From: Octopus sinensis
Taxonomy: Eukaryota
Assembly (NCBI RefSeq): GCF_006345805.1
Contig: NC_043000.1
Coordinates: 152,148,001 to 152,212,000 of the forward strand
Direction: 5' to 3'
Length of the DNA stretch: 64,000 bases
The translations under genes and the position numbers were made by a program. Shown piece after piece: positions 12,354-25,105 of this stretch. Position 1 is the stretch's first letter, and each line of letters opens with the position of its first letter. The notes under the pieces were generated by a model. The model was given only the letters and a program-made list of their open reading frames with translations. It did not search any database and was not told where the DNA came from.

Positions 12354-13465
12354 TAAAGCTGAAATCCAATTGAAATGACCATTTTCTATTCTTTAATTTG
12401 TGTTTGTGATGAGTGTATTTAAAAACCTGATCTTTGATAAAAACTTGAAAGGTTGTTTTCCCAGAAATCCTGTCATTTACCTGTTATTTCTAGCATGTCT
12501 GACGTGACATTTGTGCCCACCTTATTTATTTCTTAAATTTCTTCTGATTTCTATGTTTTCAATAAAGGAGATTAGGATTTCACTCCAAAAAATATTCTCA
12601 ATATTTTAATTTTATCCCCCCCCCACCCCAATTTCTTCATTTATTACTTTTTCCCAATTTTTTTTTGGTAATACATGGAGAAAGAAAACAGAGAATATAA
12701 ATCTTTAATAATTTAATTTTTCCTTTTTTCTAAAAGAAACACTAAAATCTCCTTCCTAAACATCCACCTATCACCTCACCACTTTCAAAAAGCTACAAAC
12801 TCCCAATGTTTCACTTTTAGCTTTTTGGAAAATGGGGAAGTTTCTTCAGAAATGATATCATTTACCTGTTGTTTCTAGCATGTTGGGTTTTCTGGCGGTG
12901 GTCTGGTATTTTTTATGTCTGCTATTTCAGTACAATTCTAAGCATGCACGAAACATCAGACATAAATGAAATATTGGGAGGTTTTAGCTTTTTGAAAGTG
13001 AGTAGGTGATGGGTGGGTGAGGTAGAGGAAGGGGCAGTGAGTGTTTCTTTAAGAAAAATTAAACTTAAAAAAAATAATATATATTTCCCAGATTCGTAAT
13101 CTCTGTATTTTTCTACATGGATAAAAAGAAAACAATTCGAAAAAAATGTTACAAATTAAGATATTGCAGTGGGGATGGGGAGAAATTAAAATCTTGAAAA
13201 CGTGATTTCTGGGCAAAAGCATATTAACCCCCTTTTATATGATAGAACAATACATAGTTTGTGATCCTTCTTAAGAACAGAAAGCACTTTCATGCAAATC
13301 CATACAAATTGTACCCTCATCACTTCACTTTTAAACAAACAATAACTTCCATTACACCAGTAATCCAGTTCACCCATATATCAGCTGTGCCGATTCTGCC
13401 CATAAGAAAGGAATAAATAATACAATGTGGCTGTAGGTCATAACAATGCTTGGATCCATTGCTAG
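11509..13465 (+). mobile_element. Possible old 2-kb non-autonomous Helitron
   Basis: A|TCTATCTCTCTATATATAAAGG start and caatgcttggatccattgCTAG|T end resemble the termini of other Helitrons here; continuity of the interior is not proven. Confidence 0.4.
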
Positions 13466-13475
13466 TGTGTGAGTA

Positions 13476-13525
<50 letters not shown>

Positions 13526-13556
13526 ATCCAAACAAGAAAGCACAAAAAAACACAAC

Positions 13557-13972
13557 AGGCGCTGGAGTGGCTGTGTGGTAATTAGCTTGCTAACCAACCA
13601 CATGGTTCAGGGTTCAGTCCCACTGCGTAACATCTTGGGCAAGTGTCTTCTGCTATAGCCCCGGGCCGACCAAAGCCGTGTGAGTGGATTTGGTAGATGG
13701 AAACTGAAAGAAGCCCGTCGTATATATGTATATATATATATGTATGTATGTGTGTGTGTGTTTGTGTGTCTATGTTTGTCCCCTAGCATTGCTTGACAAC
13801 TGATGCTGGTGTGTTTACGTCCCCGTCACTTAGCGGTTCGGCAAAAGAGACCGATAGAATAAGTACTGGGCTTACAAAGAATAAGTCCCGGGGTCGATTT
13901 GCTCGACTAAAGGCGGTGGTGCTCCAGCATGGCCGCAGTCAAATGACTGAAACAAGTAAAAGAGTAAAAGAG
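13557..13972 (+). mobile_element. SINE family A
   Basis: full-length match to 4316-4706. Confidence 0.9.
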
Positions 13973-14193
13973 TATATATATATATATGTGTGTGTGTGTG
14001 TGCGTATAAAATTTGTGTGTGTGTGTGTATAATCTCAGTGCCAATATTTATATTCTATATACCGGTGTAATGATTTATTTTGTACGTTTAGTTATCTTTG
14101 TAATTCTATATCACTTTAGTTATCTTTTGTATATGTCAGAACCTGTATATCCACATAATTTAATCTTCTATATATCATTGTGTGTGAGCACAT

Positions 14194-14235
<42 letters not shown>

Positions 14236-14544
14236 ACACAGAATTTGCGGAGTCTCCTTTATCTCTGTGTGATTTAATATCCCTTCAGTTATCTTCTATA
14301 TACTAGTGTACTATATCTCCTCTGTCGTCTTCTGTGAACCCTTGTGATTCTATATTGTTCTGTGACTATTTATCTCTCGAAATTTTTACATCATTATGAA
14401 GGTCTTTTTTCCATCTGGAATTGGTTCTGAAATTTGCTTCAGCCATTGCCGTGCTTCGTATTAATCTGGTTCACTTAATCTGCCTCACTGAGAATAGATC
14501 TTGACATTCATTTAACTTAGTGGATTTGTAATAAAATCATTTTG

Positions 14545-14785
14545 TTGCCATTTAAAGTCTGCTTTCCATCCTGGCATGGATTGGACGGTTTGACTGAGGG
14601 CTGGCGAACTAGAAGGCTGCACCAGACTCCAATCCGATCTAGCAATGTTTCTACAGCTGAATGCCCTTCCTAATGCCAACCACTCGGAGAGTGTAGTGGG
14701 TGCTTTTTATATGCCATCGGTATGGGGGCCAGTCAGGCGGTTCTGGCAGCAACCATGCTCCAATGGTGCTTTTTACATGCCACCT
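14545..14785 (-). mobile_element. RTE-type 3' UTR repeat
   Basis: ctttccatcctggcatggattggacgg...tgcccttcctaatgccaaccac. Confidence 0.75.
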
Positions 14786-15482
14786 TAATTACATAAGTGA
14801 AATTATCAAAAAGCCAAAAAACTATGTTAACATCAAAAAATTGATGCAAAATGGTAAGTAAAAATACAAATTACATCTTTATTTAGATTTAGCTAATATT
14901 TGTTTGAAGAGATAAATATATGCATATATTCTGGGCTCAAGTAGATGAATATGCCTTAATTAGTTAGTATCTGTTGTGGTAGACTATAACCCAGTAAGGA
15001 AACAGTATGTATGGCTGTGGTTTTGTATCACAGATGCTCTAAATATGAGCTCATTGCTCTGAATTGAGTATATGGAAAATTGCAAAAATAAAGATTGAAT
15101 ATCTAACACAGAAGGTAGATATTTGCTGAAAGTTATTCAATGAGAAGCAACAACCAGGCAGTCATAAATCAATGACTTATCAGAAATGATGTTCTATGTT
15201 ATAATATTATTGTCTGTTTATCATTATGTATATACACCCTTTCAGTTATATTCTATGTATCATTATAACTATTTATCCTTTCAGCTATTTTCTATATATG
15301 TGTTATTTCGTATATATGGTTGACTCCTCATTTGAACTTCCAAATGTGGAAAAAATCCCAACAAAACAAAGCAAAAAAAAAATCTCATTGTGAATAACAA
15401 GAATTGCAAATTTCTTTTTATTCTATGGACCACACCTTATTTGATACCTACAAAAATTACATAACCATTTTCTCTTTTGCAG

Positions 15483-15554
15483 GTCTCAAATTTGCTGTCA
15501 CAATCTTCACAGACACCTCCAAGTGCTAGCCAGTTGAGAACACTCAAAACGACT
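15483..15554 (+). CDS. CUBN: Cubilin coiled-coil/linker exon (72 nt, phase 0-0)
   Basis: ttttctcttttgcag / gtaagt; VSNLLSQSSQTPPSASQLRTLKTT. Confidence 0.78.
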
Positions 15555-15971
15555 GTAAGTGATTTTTGGTAAATATTACACTAAAAGCAACACAATACAT
15601 GCAAAAAGATAATTACTTGTGACATAGGCACAAGACTAGAAATTTGATGGGAGGGGTTAGTTGATGATATCAACCCCAAAATGATGAAAGGTAAAGTTGA
15701 CCTCAACAAACTTTGTAATCAGAACATAAAAAACCTGAAGAAATGCCACATGGCATTTTTTCAGTGCTTTTATCTAAGCATTGGAGGTTGAGATTTACAA
15801 GAGAAAGGAAAACGTAGAATTGTGACTAATGAATGGTGGTCCGACATCTGCAAGGGCATGAAGATAGTAGAAATAAATAACCAGGGCCCTTTTTTTAGCA
15901 GCACAGAATATAGGTGTTATTTTAGAGAAAACTGGTTTTCAGTTGAAGATAACATGGTATGAATATTTGCA

Positions 15972-16897
15972 TATTTATATATATATATAAAACTCAGTAT
16001 GTGTGTGTAAACCTGCATAACTTCTGAAGTTCGCAAGTGATTTTCTTCAAACTGGGAACATACATTACTTATGTTCCAGAGATGGTTTTAAACTCTTAAA
16101 ATTTTTCACATAATGAGTAATGGGACCTCTGGGGCTAGAAAACTCCCTTTCCTGGGGTAAGTATGACTACTGTGGAGAAGGGAGGTAACTATTTTTGAAG
16201 TAACTTTTCTTAAAATTTGCTAAGATATTGATATTTTTTCCCTTTTTTTATTGACATTTCATTATTAACATACAATTGTCATCTTAGTTTATTATGTCAT
16301 ATTTCTTGACATAATGTCTTCAAGGAAGAGTTCCTCCATTGGTCGAAAATCTGCTGTTGCAGAGAAATTGAAAAGGAGAGCAAATGAATCGTCGCATGAG
16401 ACTTTAATTAGACAATTACAAAATGCTGCATGCACAGCTACTGCAAGAGCCATGGAAAGCGATGAGCAGTGGCCAGGAATGCTGCATTAACAGCTTCAGC
16501 CAGTCCACTCCTATCTACCACATCATTTCTTTCATGTAGATTTCTCTCATGTGGTGCTGTTGAGTGCACCCAAAAGCTTAATTTATCATATAGATGTAGT
16601 TCCTATGTCTGCTGATTGTTCTGTGGGGTAGCGGCAGTGCTGACAGCCGCAAAGGAGAGTATACCCAATGACAGCTTTTTGCTGTGTTCAAAAATCACAT
16701 ACCCCATTCCCACTTTTCCCTGACGAGGTTAGAGCTTGGAATCTTCCAAACAGATGCATGACATGTCACATAGTCGAACTAACCGTTCATTTACTCCACA
16801 AATGTTTTGTTGTCAATGCTGCACATTTCAGCTTAACTGTACCATATATACAAACTATGACATTTAAATCTCAAGCAATGCCAGGTATGTCTGCTAG
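15972..16897 (+). mobile_element. Internally deleted Helitron retaining a RepHel N-terminal fragment
   Basis: TATATATAAAACTCAG 5' end, gcaatgccaggtatgtctgCTAG|T 3' end; ORF 16314-16490 MSSRKSSSIGRKS...KRRANESSHETLIRQLQNAACTATARAMESDEQ. Confidence 0.65.
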
Positions 16898-18704
16898 TTC
16901 TTAATACATCTTGGCTGGTTAAGATGCAAAATATGCTAGTTGCTGTAGTGTATGTCAAAGGAGAAAAACTTCTCTTTTGTGACGATTGTGTTTCCAATAC
17001 GTACAACACATTGGCATATGAAGGGATGCTGAAAAGTTTCTGGCTTTGGGTAAAAGAAAATACAGGAGGATAAGTTAATTCTGATTTTATTCAACATATT
17101 CCCCTGAGATTCACACTTTGCAGTGGTCCTTCAGTTTTTGTAAGCCCTGTAAAAGAACTTGGAAGGTTGGGCCTCCAACCGTGCCTTTCACAGGACCCTT
17201 AAAGTGAAGGACTTTTAAGTACTGATGAGCTGCTTGGCTAGACTCAAAGACCCAGGTACTTCTGCTGGATGAGACAACATTTTCAGAATCCAGTGTGCAA
17301 AAGAACTGGGTGTGTTGAACACACTATCATTATAAGAGATGTTTTTCTCTCGGCATTGTAACAACTAGCATATTTTACCCCTGAATCTGCCTAGATGTAT
17401 GAAATAAATATGTGAATATTCATTCACATAGTGTAAAAAATGATTTTATAACATGCCACATTGATTTCCCTATCTATTGGTAAGAGCCCACTTCTTATGT
17501 AATACATTATGCTTTTTTGTTAATTTGTATATAAACAAAAATCTTAACTGAAGTTAAATTTCCTAAAGAAAAGAACAAAAATTTAACAGAAATTGAAGAT
17601 GGAGCGTGAATTACATTTGTATTGAATTTACATACAGACCTTGCATTTACTAAAATTAAAAACAACATCTCTAATTTGAAATCAATAGTTCCCAACCCCA
17701 CCTACAAATTACTTGAGAAATTTTCTCTTAGTCTTTCAAACAACTGATAAAAATCTCCCAGGAATTTATAAAAACTTGCCTTACAAATTACTGCACTCAT
17801 TTGGTCCTCTAGACTTGATATATTGCATATAAAATATTTAAAAGCCATTGTACAGACAAGTTTTATTTTCTTTATATATGTTTTATATTAAAACTGGCTT
17901 TCTTGGTTGTTCAGAATAAAAGTTAATGGAGAATTAATTATCATGTTAGAAAAAAATGTAAAAGAAATTTCAAGTGCTTTTATTGAAAGTTTAATTTGGT
18001 GGTTCAAATTTACCAGACTAGACATCATGCTGTGAGAATATCTTCTTTCACAAGCCAGAAATTTAATGTCTTTTACTGACCTCAAACAATAGCAAAGGTC
18101 ACCTTCCAACCTGACAAGCAGGTTGGTAAGCTGGATCTGAATTGCAGTAAAATGTAAGCATGGCTGTGTGGTTAAAAATTTTGCTTTGCAACTATGCAGT
18201 TTATGATTCAGTCCCATTGTGTGGTACCTTGGGCATGCATCTTCTACTAAAGCTTTAATTTGACTAATAATAAGTGAAATTTCATGGATAGAAACCAAAT
18301 GGAAGCTTTTTGTCTTATAAATTACTTGTCAGTTTGTTTTTACTTCTTTCCTTATAGAATGTTAAAGGATATTAACTTTCTGTCCTTTCTCTGATAACAC
18401 TGCCACCTAACTTTTATACAGCTTGACAAATTATTGGTATCACATTAAGAAAAAAAAAACCCATCAAAGATGAAAATACTTATATTAAAAAAAAAAATGG
18501 TGTGTAGAAGAATTAACCATTAATGGAACCTAAGTAGGGATCAGTGACAAAGTTACAGTGATGTGTGACAAATGACTTTGATAATAATAACTGAAAATAT
18601 TCAAGTACCTAATAGTATAATTGATAGAAACATTGTGGTTGTCCCTGTGTACAGGTATGGCCTTTGCATCCTTCTCTAGCTGAGCGTCCCTAATCTTGTG
18701 GGCT

Positions 18705-18948
18705 CATGGTTGCTGGTGCCATGTGAAAAGCACCCATACCAGTGCCATGTAAACGTATCCATGCCAGTGCTCTGTAAAAGCACCCAGTATCCTATGTAAA
18801 GTGGTAGGCATTAGAAAGGGCATCAAATTGTAGAAACCATGCCAAAAGAGACAATTGAAGCCAGGTGCAACCTTCCAGTTGGTCAACTCCTGTCAAACTG
18901 TCCAACCCATACCAGCATGGAAAATGAACGTCAGATAATGATGATGAA
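18705..18948 (+). mobile_element. Old RTE-type 3' UTR repeat
   Basis: tgtaaaagcaccc repeats; ends cagcatggaaaatgaacgtcagataatgatgatga. Confidence 0.65.
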
Positions 18949-19054
18949 GAATCACATAACCCAACTAAAACAAAATCCTTATAAGTATTTTTTATATTGG
19001 TTCTTTTGATCATTAATTTTTGGTTCTTGAGATCCTTTGATGTCTTTTTTACAG

Positions 19055-19093
19055 GTTGATCAGTTGCAATCCTCAGTCCAAGAAGTTAAAACT
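19055..19093 (+). CDS. CUBN: Cubilin 39-nt exon, end of coiled coil
   Basis: ttttttacag / gtaagt; VDQLQSSVQEVKT, phase 0-0. Confidence 0.82.
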
Positions 19094-19334
19094 GTAAGTC
19101 AGATTGACTCATTTGCTATTGAAAGTTATTTTGTTTCTTGTTTCATGCTTGTTTTTTTTTCTTAATCCTATTTAATAAGCTTTTAGAATTCATTCAGTAT
19201 TCTAACAGCAATTAACATATGGATAATTAAATTACCTGAAATAATTGATTCAGATGTTTCTCAGATAATTTGAGCTAATGATAATGAACTTAACAAGAAA
19301 CTCTTTCTTAACTTCTAAATTTGTATTGCTGTAG

Positions 19335-19436
19335 GATTTGGAAGAAGATAATTGTGCCAGTAATCCTTGTTTACATGGTGGAACTTGTTATGATCGCTAT
19401 AAAGGCTTTTACTGTAACTGTATTCCAGGATGGATG
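19335..19436 (+). CDS. CUBN: Cubilin exon, EGF1
   Basis: gctgtag / gtaaga; DLEEDNCASNPCLHGGTCYDRYKGFYCNCIPGWM. Confidence 0.95.
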
Positions 19437-20064
19437 GTAAGAAATTTATTTATAAGATCTGGGATTTATGTTGAATCATTTTGTAAACAAAAATATACAT
19501 CCATGTACTTATGTATGTAATTTTTTTATTTTTGCATATACATTCATCCACATGAATACTGAAATATGTAGTTTCTTTACACTCAATAATTTCTGAGACA
19601 TTTTCTTTTTCCAAGATGTGTTATATATTAATTCTTTGTCTAATGATTTTGAAAATCCCTTTAGATAAATGGTTCATCTCTAAAGCATGGTTAATAATTT
19701 GAAATATATCATCTTAATATCTAAATTTCTGCTTATAAATTTGGGAATTGCTCCTATTACATATTTTAAACCTGTCTTTATAAAATATTTGCCTTGGTGA
19801 TACTACTTTATAAGAATGGTTATAGTGATAAGGCAATTTCTTAGTATGGCCAAATGTATTGAAATGCCCTTCCATCAAATATTTATCTTGTGATTTCTAT
19901 AATCCATACCAATTGTTGTTTTCTTTTGTCATAGCATTAATATTAATTACCTTTCTGTTAAATTTTTACCATTTTATTTAGTTTTATTTCAGTACTTTTT
20001 TTTTTTACTAAAGAATGTACCTTTATTTAAATGTTAAATTATTGCTTCATTACATCTGAATTAG

Positions 20065-20168
20065 GGCCCATCATGTAGTGAAGATGTCAATGAATGTTCA
20101 GAGTTTGTTGGTACTCAACTGGGATGCCAGAATGGGGGCACATGCATCAACACTTATGGAAGTTACAG
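20065..20168 (+). CDS. CUBN: Cubilin exon, EGF1 end and calcium-binding EGF2
   Basis: ttag / gtagtt; [34 protein letters not shown]; phase 0 to 2; not in ORF track. Confidence 0.95.
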
Positions 20169-20949
20169 GTAGTTATAATTGTAGTTTTTAAGTTTCATAA
20201 AAGAAAATATTTTTCTCCAGTTGGATACAGCCGGTTGAAAGAAACAGAATGACATTAAACTATATGCTACTTTAGTTTGATCAACTTTATTTTTTAACTT
20301 GTGAACATGTGAATAGGAAAAATTCAACTGGTGGTTGGAGTTCAAGAGAAAAAAAGAGTCAGAGAAGTGTTTTGTGCAGTGTTTAGTGTGTCAATGTATT
20401 AAACACGACAGGGATGATGTAAGGAGAATGGATGAAGGCATCAAGTGTATTTCAGTGGGAAAGGTATACAACTCACTAGTCTAGAGCAGGGATCTAGGAA
20501 TATTGTAGGTGAGTGGAAATTTAAGTCAGTTTTGTGGCCTGGTTTGGATACTGTTGTGATACTTGTGTGTGTAATATTTAAACAGTTCTCGGTGAGGTGC
20601 ATGTGAGCTTTGTCTAGAGTCAGCAATTATCCAGGACTGGAGGATTTTCTGGTCTTGATGAGGAAGCCTAGTCTTTGGGATGCAGTTTTGACAAATGACT
20701 GTAGAGGTATTGTTGCAATCAAAGATTATCATTTGTAGCAAATCAAGGATTTTAGCTGTGTGTTGTTTATAAGGTGTGACTTTTTCAAAGCTGTTACCTT
20801 TGTATACTGCTTGTAATTTGGTTTTCATGAATAAAAGTGGGTTGTTCATTAAGGTTTTTGTTTAGAGTAGAGGAAGTCTGGAAGGAAGTATCTGTGAAAG
20901 GAAGATGTATAAGGAGTTATGATGAAATGAAAAAAGGTATCATCTAGGA

Positions 20950-21334
20950 ATGGTGGCACTCCGCTGGTTACGACAACAAGGGTTCCAGCTGATCTGATCA
21001 ATGGAACAGCCTGCTCGTGAAATTAACGTGTAAGTGGCAGAGCACTCCACAAACATGTGTACCCTTAACGTAGTTCTTGGGGAGATTCAGTATGACACAG
21101 AGAATGACAAGGCCGGCCCTTTGAAATACAGGTACAACAGAAACAGGAAGAAAGAGTGAGAGAAAGTTGTGGTGAAAGAGTACAGCAGGGTTCGCTACCA
21201 CTCCCTGCCAGAGCCTCGTTGAGCTTTAGGTGTTTTTGCTCAATAAACACTCACAATGCCTGGTCTAGGAATCAAAACCGCTTTCCTACAACCACGAGTC
21301 TGCTGCCCTAACCACTGGGCCATTGCACCTCCAC
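20950..21334 (-). mobile_element. SINE family C
   Basis: reverse complement of 9232-9620; TSD catctagga at 20941-20949 and 21335-21343. Confidence 0.85.
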
Positions 21335-22499
21335 CATCTAGGAGTCAACAGATGTAGAAGTAACAACAAATAAAAGTGGAGCAAGCAAAAATATTGTGAA
21401 GGCATACTAAAGTTATAAAATATTGGTCAGAGAGAGACCTACATTGATTCATTCTGTGATATGGCATTTGAATAAGAAATTTTTGATTTAAGAGGGGGAA
21501 ATAAATAAAACCAATATGTGAGCAACATTTCCTGGTCTATTTTATCTTGTATGGTTTAGTCAGAATGAAAAGGACGAACCCATAACTTTCACAGACCATC
21601 CAATATTGAATGATTATAAGTTGATGTCTATAAGAAAATGTTTGTCAGAAGAGAACTCAAGAGAGTTGTCACCTTTACAAGGATGGATTGAGGATAGTGC
21701 GAGATCTGGTAGGAAAGATACGGAATGGGTGTTGACTTGGGGAAAGATGTGTGTATTGAGTGGGTGCAAGTGATGTACAACTAAGTAGAACCTACAGTCT
21801 GCAGAGACTATTGTAGTCTCTGCAGACAGTACAAAAGACAGTTGGTTGCTGTGTGTTAATGAGTGAGGCCTTGCCACTGAATTGGATGGTCTTCTATTGG
21901 ATGATGTTTATGTATAGCAGCAACTTTGACCCATTAAGGGATATCATTTGAATATTGCACAGCATTAGCAGAGGTGAATTGTTTCTTTGAGTCTGAAGAG
22001 GAAGACGAAGGCTAGTCTTTGGGATGTAGTTTTGCTAAAATATGAATGGAGAGATCACTGAGTGTCTAGCATTTATAGTGACTTACATTGCATGATATTC
22101 AGGATTAGGGAGAGTAAGGTAAAAGATTATTTCCTTGATATGTGCATTGAGTGTATTTTTGTGGTGTTCAAGAAGTTAACATTGTTATAACTCCATTGGA
22201 AATTGTGTTCAAGGCTTTTGTTGATAAAGGCAGTAAAGCTTAATCTTAATCGTAAGTGGTACCTGTGTGCAGGTTTTTGAAGAGGAATGAAAAGTGGTGT
22301 CAATTGTCTAGAAATGAGTATTGTCATAGAGGTGATAGTGAGTAGGTTATTTAATATACAGGAGGAAGAATGTGAGCAATATTAGTGAAATTTGGGGTAC
22401 ACTAGAGTTGATTAGAGTGAGAGTCTCCTCAATAGGATCTGTGATGGCAGGATCTGGCAAGAAACTTCCAATGAGATAAAAAAAACAGGTCAACAGTAT

Positions 22500-23020
22500 G
22501 TAATAATAATAATAAAATTATTGTGTATAGTGCTCAGGTGCACTACAACTTGTCAAAGGAGCCTGTATAGTACATAGAATTATGTATAAATGTCAGGAAA
22601 GTGAATAGTGTAAGAGTCTTAATATATGTGTGCACATGTATAGAGTGGGGATATAATATATAATATAATGAAATTATTGTATACAGTGCTCAGGTGCACC
22701 ACAACTTGTCAAAAGTGCGTATAAAGTATATGTAGTAATGTACAAATGTCTGGAAAGCGAACAGTGTACGAGTCAGATACATGCTTGTGTGTGTATGGAG
22801 TGGGGAAAATCAGGTGTAGTGTTGGCGAATCTCAGGAAGCATGGAAGTTTTGAAGGATGCAGTGCTCTGACAACTAACAACTGATGCTGGCAGTCTGTTC
22901 CATGCTTCAGCAACTCTTAGCATGAAAAAATGTTTCCGAAAGTCATGGGAGCTGTGCTGTTTTCTGACTTTGTAAACATGACCACGGGTGGAGTTTGAAA
23001 AGGTGCTCAGAGTTATTGTT
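22500..23020 (-). mobile_element. CR1/L2-like LINE 3' ends (one with ORF end, plus an adjacent older UTR fragment)
   Basis: TRGHVYKVRKQ...RKHFFMLRVAEAWNRLPASVV...FK; (TTA)n tail; copies at 31990 and 40555. Confidence 0.8.
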
Positions 23021-23489
23021 TGTAAAGTGATGTATTTTGGAAGCATAATAGTTATAGGGTTGGGTAATGGTAAGGACCTTGAAAAACAGAAGTGGTTTTG
23101 CATTTGAATGTATGTGTACATAGCAGTGATACTGGTGTGGTGGAGAAGGGAAATTTACATGGAATTTTGCTACAGATTTCTTGGCAAGAAATGATTTCTT
23201 CTGATTTCATCAAAATATCATTTTAATATATGATTAATGGTAAAGATTTCATTAAAAATACTGTGGTTAATATGAAATATTCCACAATTAATCAAGCATT
23301 TAAGCATTAATATTATGTGAAGTTCTCTTTGGTACATTAACATAATGTCAAATTGTGCCTGAGACACTTGGTTACCAAGGAAATTTCATCTTTTTAGGTA
23401 GAAATCATTTAATTTGAATTGAATTTTGAGAAAACGTTTATTAAAAAAATGGGCATGTTTTTTTTATCATAATTTGTTGTGTTTATTAG

Positions 23490-23619
23490 GTGTCAGTGTT
23501 CTGCAGACTGGCATGGAATTCATTGTTCTACCCGTCATGATGATTGTACAGGATCTTCTTCTAGTGAACTCTGCGGTCATGGTACATGTGTCAATGTGAA
23601 GCGTCAGCAACCGAATCAA
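23490..23619 (+). CDS. CUBN: Cubilin exon, EGF2/EGF3
   Basis: ttattag / gtaaag; CQCSADWHGIHCSTRHDDCTGSSSSELCGHGTCVNVKRQQPNQ; phase 2 to 0. Confidence 0.95.
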
Positions 23620-24134
23620 GTAAAGAGCATTTATTTTAATTCTCATACTAATATTATCAACAATGTTTACCTTCTTTTTTTTAAGTAACAAAAGCATAAC
23701 ATTTGTTTGAATTTTATATATTAAAGAATACTTCCTATTTGTTGTTTTAAAATTTTCTTTTCAAGTGGATTCTAGTCCTTTCAATCCCAAATTAAAATAT
23801 TTTGTTTTTATAATAATGAAAAAAATTTGTTTGGTTTGTTAATATTAATGATTATTTTCTAATTTAGATAATTTTACACTTAAAACTCCAGTTATTGAAT
23901 TGGATTTGAAACGTTTTAATCTCAAATCTGTATATGAATAAGACTGAATTCAGCTTTTATCATACTAGACAACCACAAACTAGCAAATGGATGTGATGCT
24001 AAGGTTAAGGAAACTGGTCAACTGAAATTTCTAAAAAAATATAGGTTCTAGGGTCTTTGTTTTGGCAATTGTAGCAGCCAAGTCTGTGCCTTATGCATGA
24101 GAATTCTTTCCTCTAGATTTCCCAGGCTAAACTG

Positions 24135-25105
24135 TAGAGGGGACTTTGCACCATCCACAGATCTGGTTAGTAGCCCTCAACAGGTTGTCCTATAGAAACC
24201 TCCATTTGTCTTCCACATCATGTGATACTACATCCCCCTCTATTTTGTCAAAAGCTTTGAGTAATACATCTCATTCACTGGATCCTTAAGCTTCCAGATC
24301 TTTCTTCTCCATTCTGGCCTTCTTATGGGCATCCATTTAGCTCTGATCCTGAAGTCACTTACTACTAATCTATGTTGTGGAGTGCATTCTGCACCTGGAA
24401 AGGCTTTGGCATTTATAAGTAGTCATCTTTCCTGTTTCCTGGCGAGGATGTAATCAATTTGACTAGTGTGTCCACCAGATCAGTAGGTAAATAGGTTTTC
24501 TGAAGTTAGTATTACAAACCATAAGATATTTTGCATTGCAGAACTCCAGCAGCCTGTTTTCCTCCTCATTGCAGGAACCAAAACTATAGCTTCCATGTGT
24601 GCCACGGAAGACCCTGCATGTTGTCCAACATGCCCATTGAAGTCACCAGCCACAAAGAGAAGGTCCCTGTCATTCGTTGATGAAGTAGTCTGCAAGAGGG
24701 GGTCATAAAATCAGTCTTTCTGTTCATCAGGTAGCCCCAGCTGAGGGGCATAGGCTGAGATAATGGTTGCTAAACCATTTTGCAGCACTAATCTAATCTT
24801 AAGTATTCTTTCACAGACTCTGACTACCTTAATTACCTTATCAACCCATTTCTCTGCAAGAAGTATACCCACGCCCTCGACTCTGTTAGTGTTTCTTGCC
24901 CAGAAAACCTTATACCTATGTTCTTTGCCTGTGAAGAACCTAGCAGAACATCCTCTCCACCTTACTTCTTGGATGTAGCACCAATCTACAGGTCTCTGTT
25001 CAAGCATCTCAACAATCTCACCAGACCTACCTTTCAGTGTGCCAACATTAAGTGTGCCAATCCTGAGGGTGTGGGAGGTGTGGGCCTGTTGGACCCTGGG
25101 ATGGG
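24135..25105 (-). mobile_element. RTE-clade LINE apurinic endonuclease region, decayed
   Basis: IGTLNVGTL...IQEVRW...GVGIL...IISAYAPQ...AGDFNGHVG motifs; in-frame stop at 24711-24713 and frameshifts. Confidence 0.88.

Noticed and set aside
17017-17220. Possible mariner-like TIR fragment (tatgaagggatgctgaaaagtttctggc)
   Set aside because: Only one end seen, with no partner TIR or transposase; too weak to annotate
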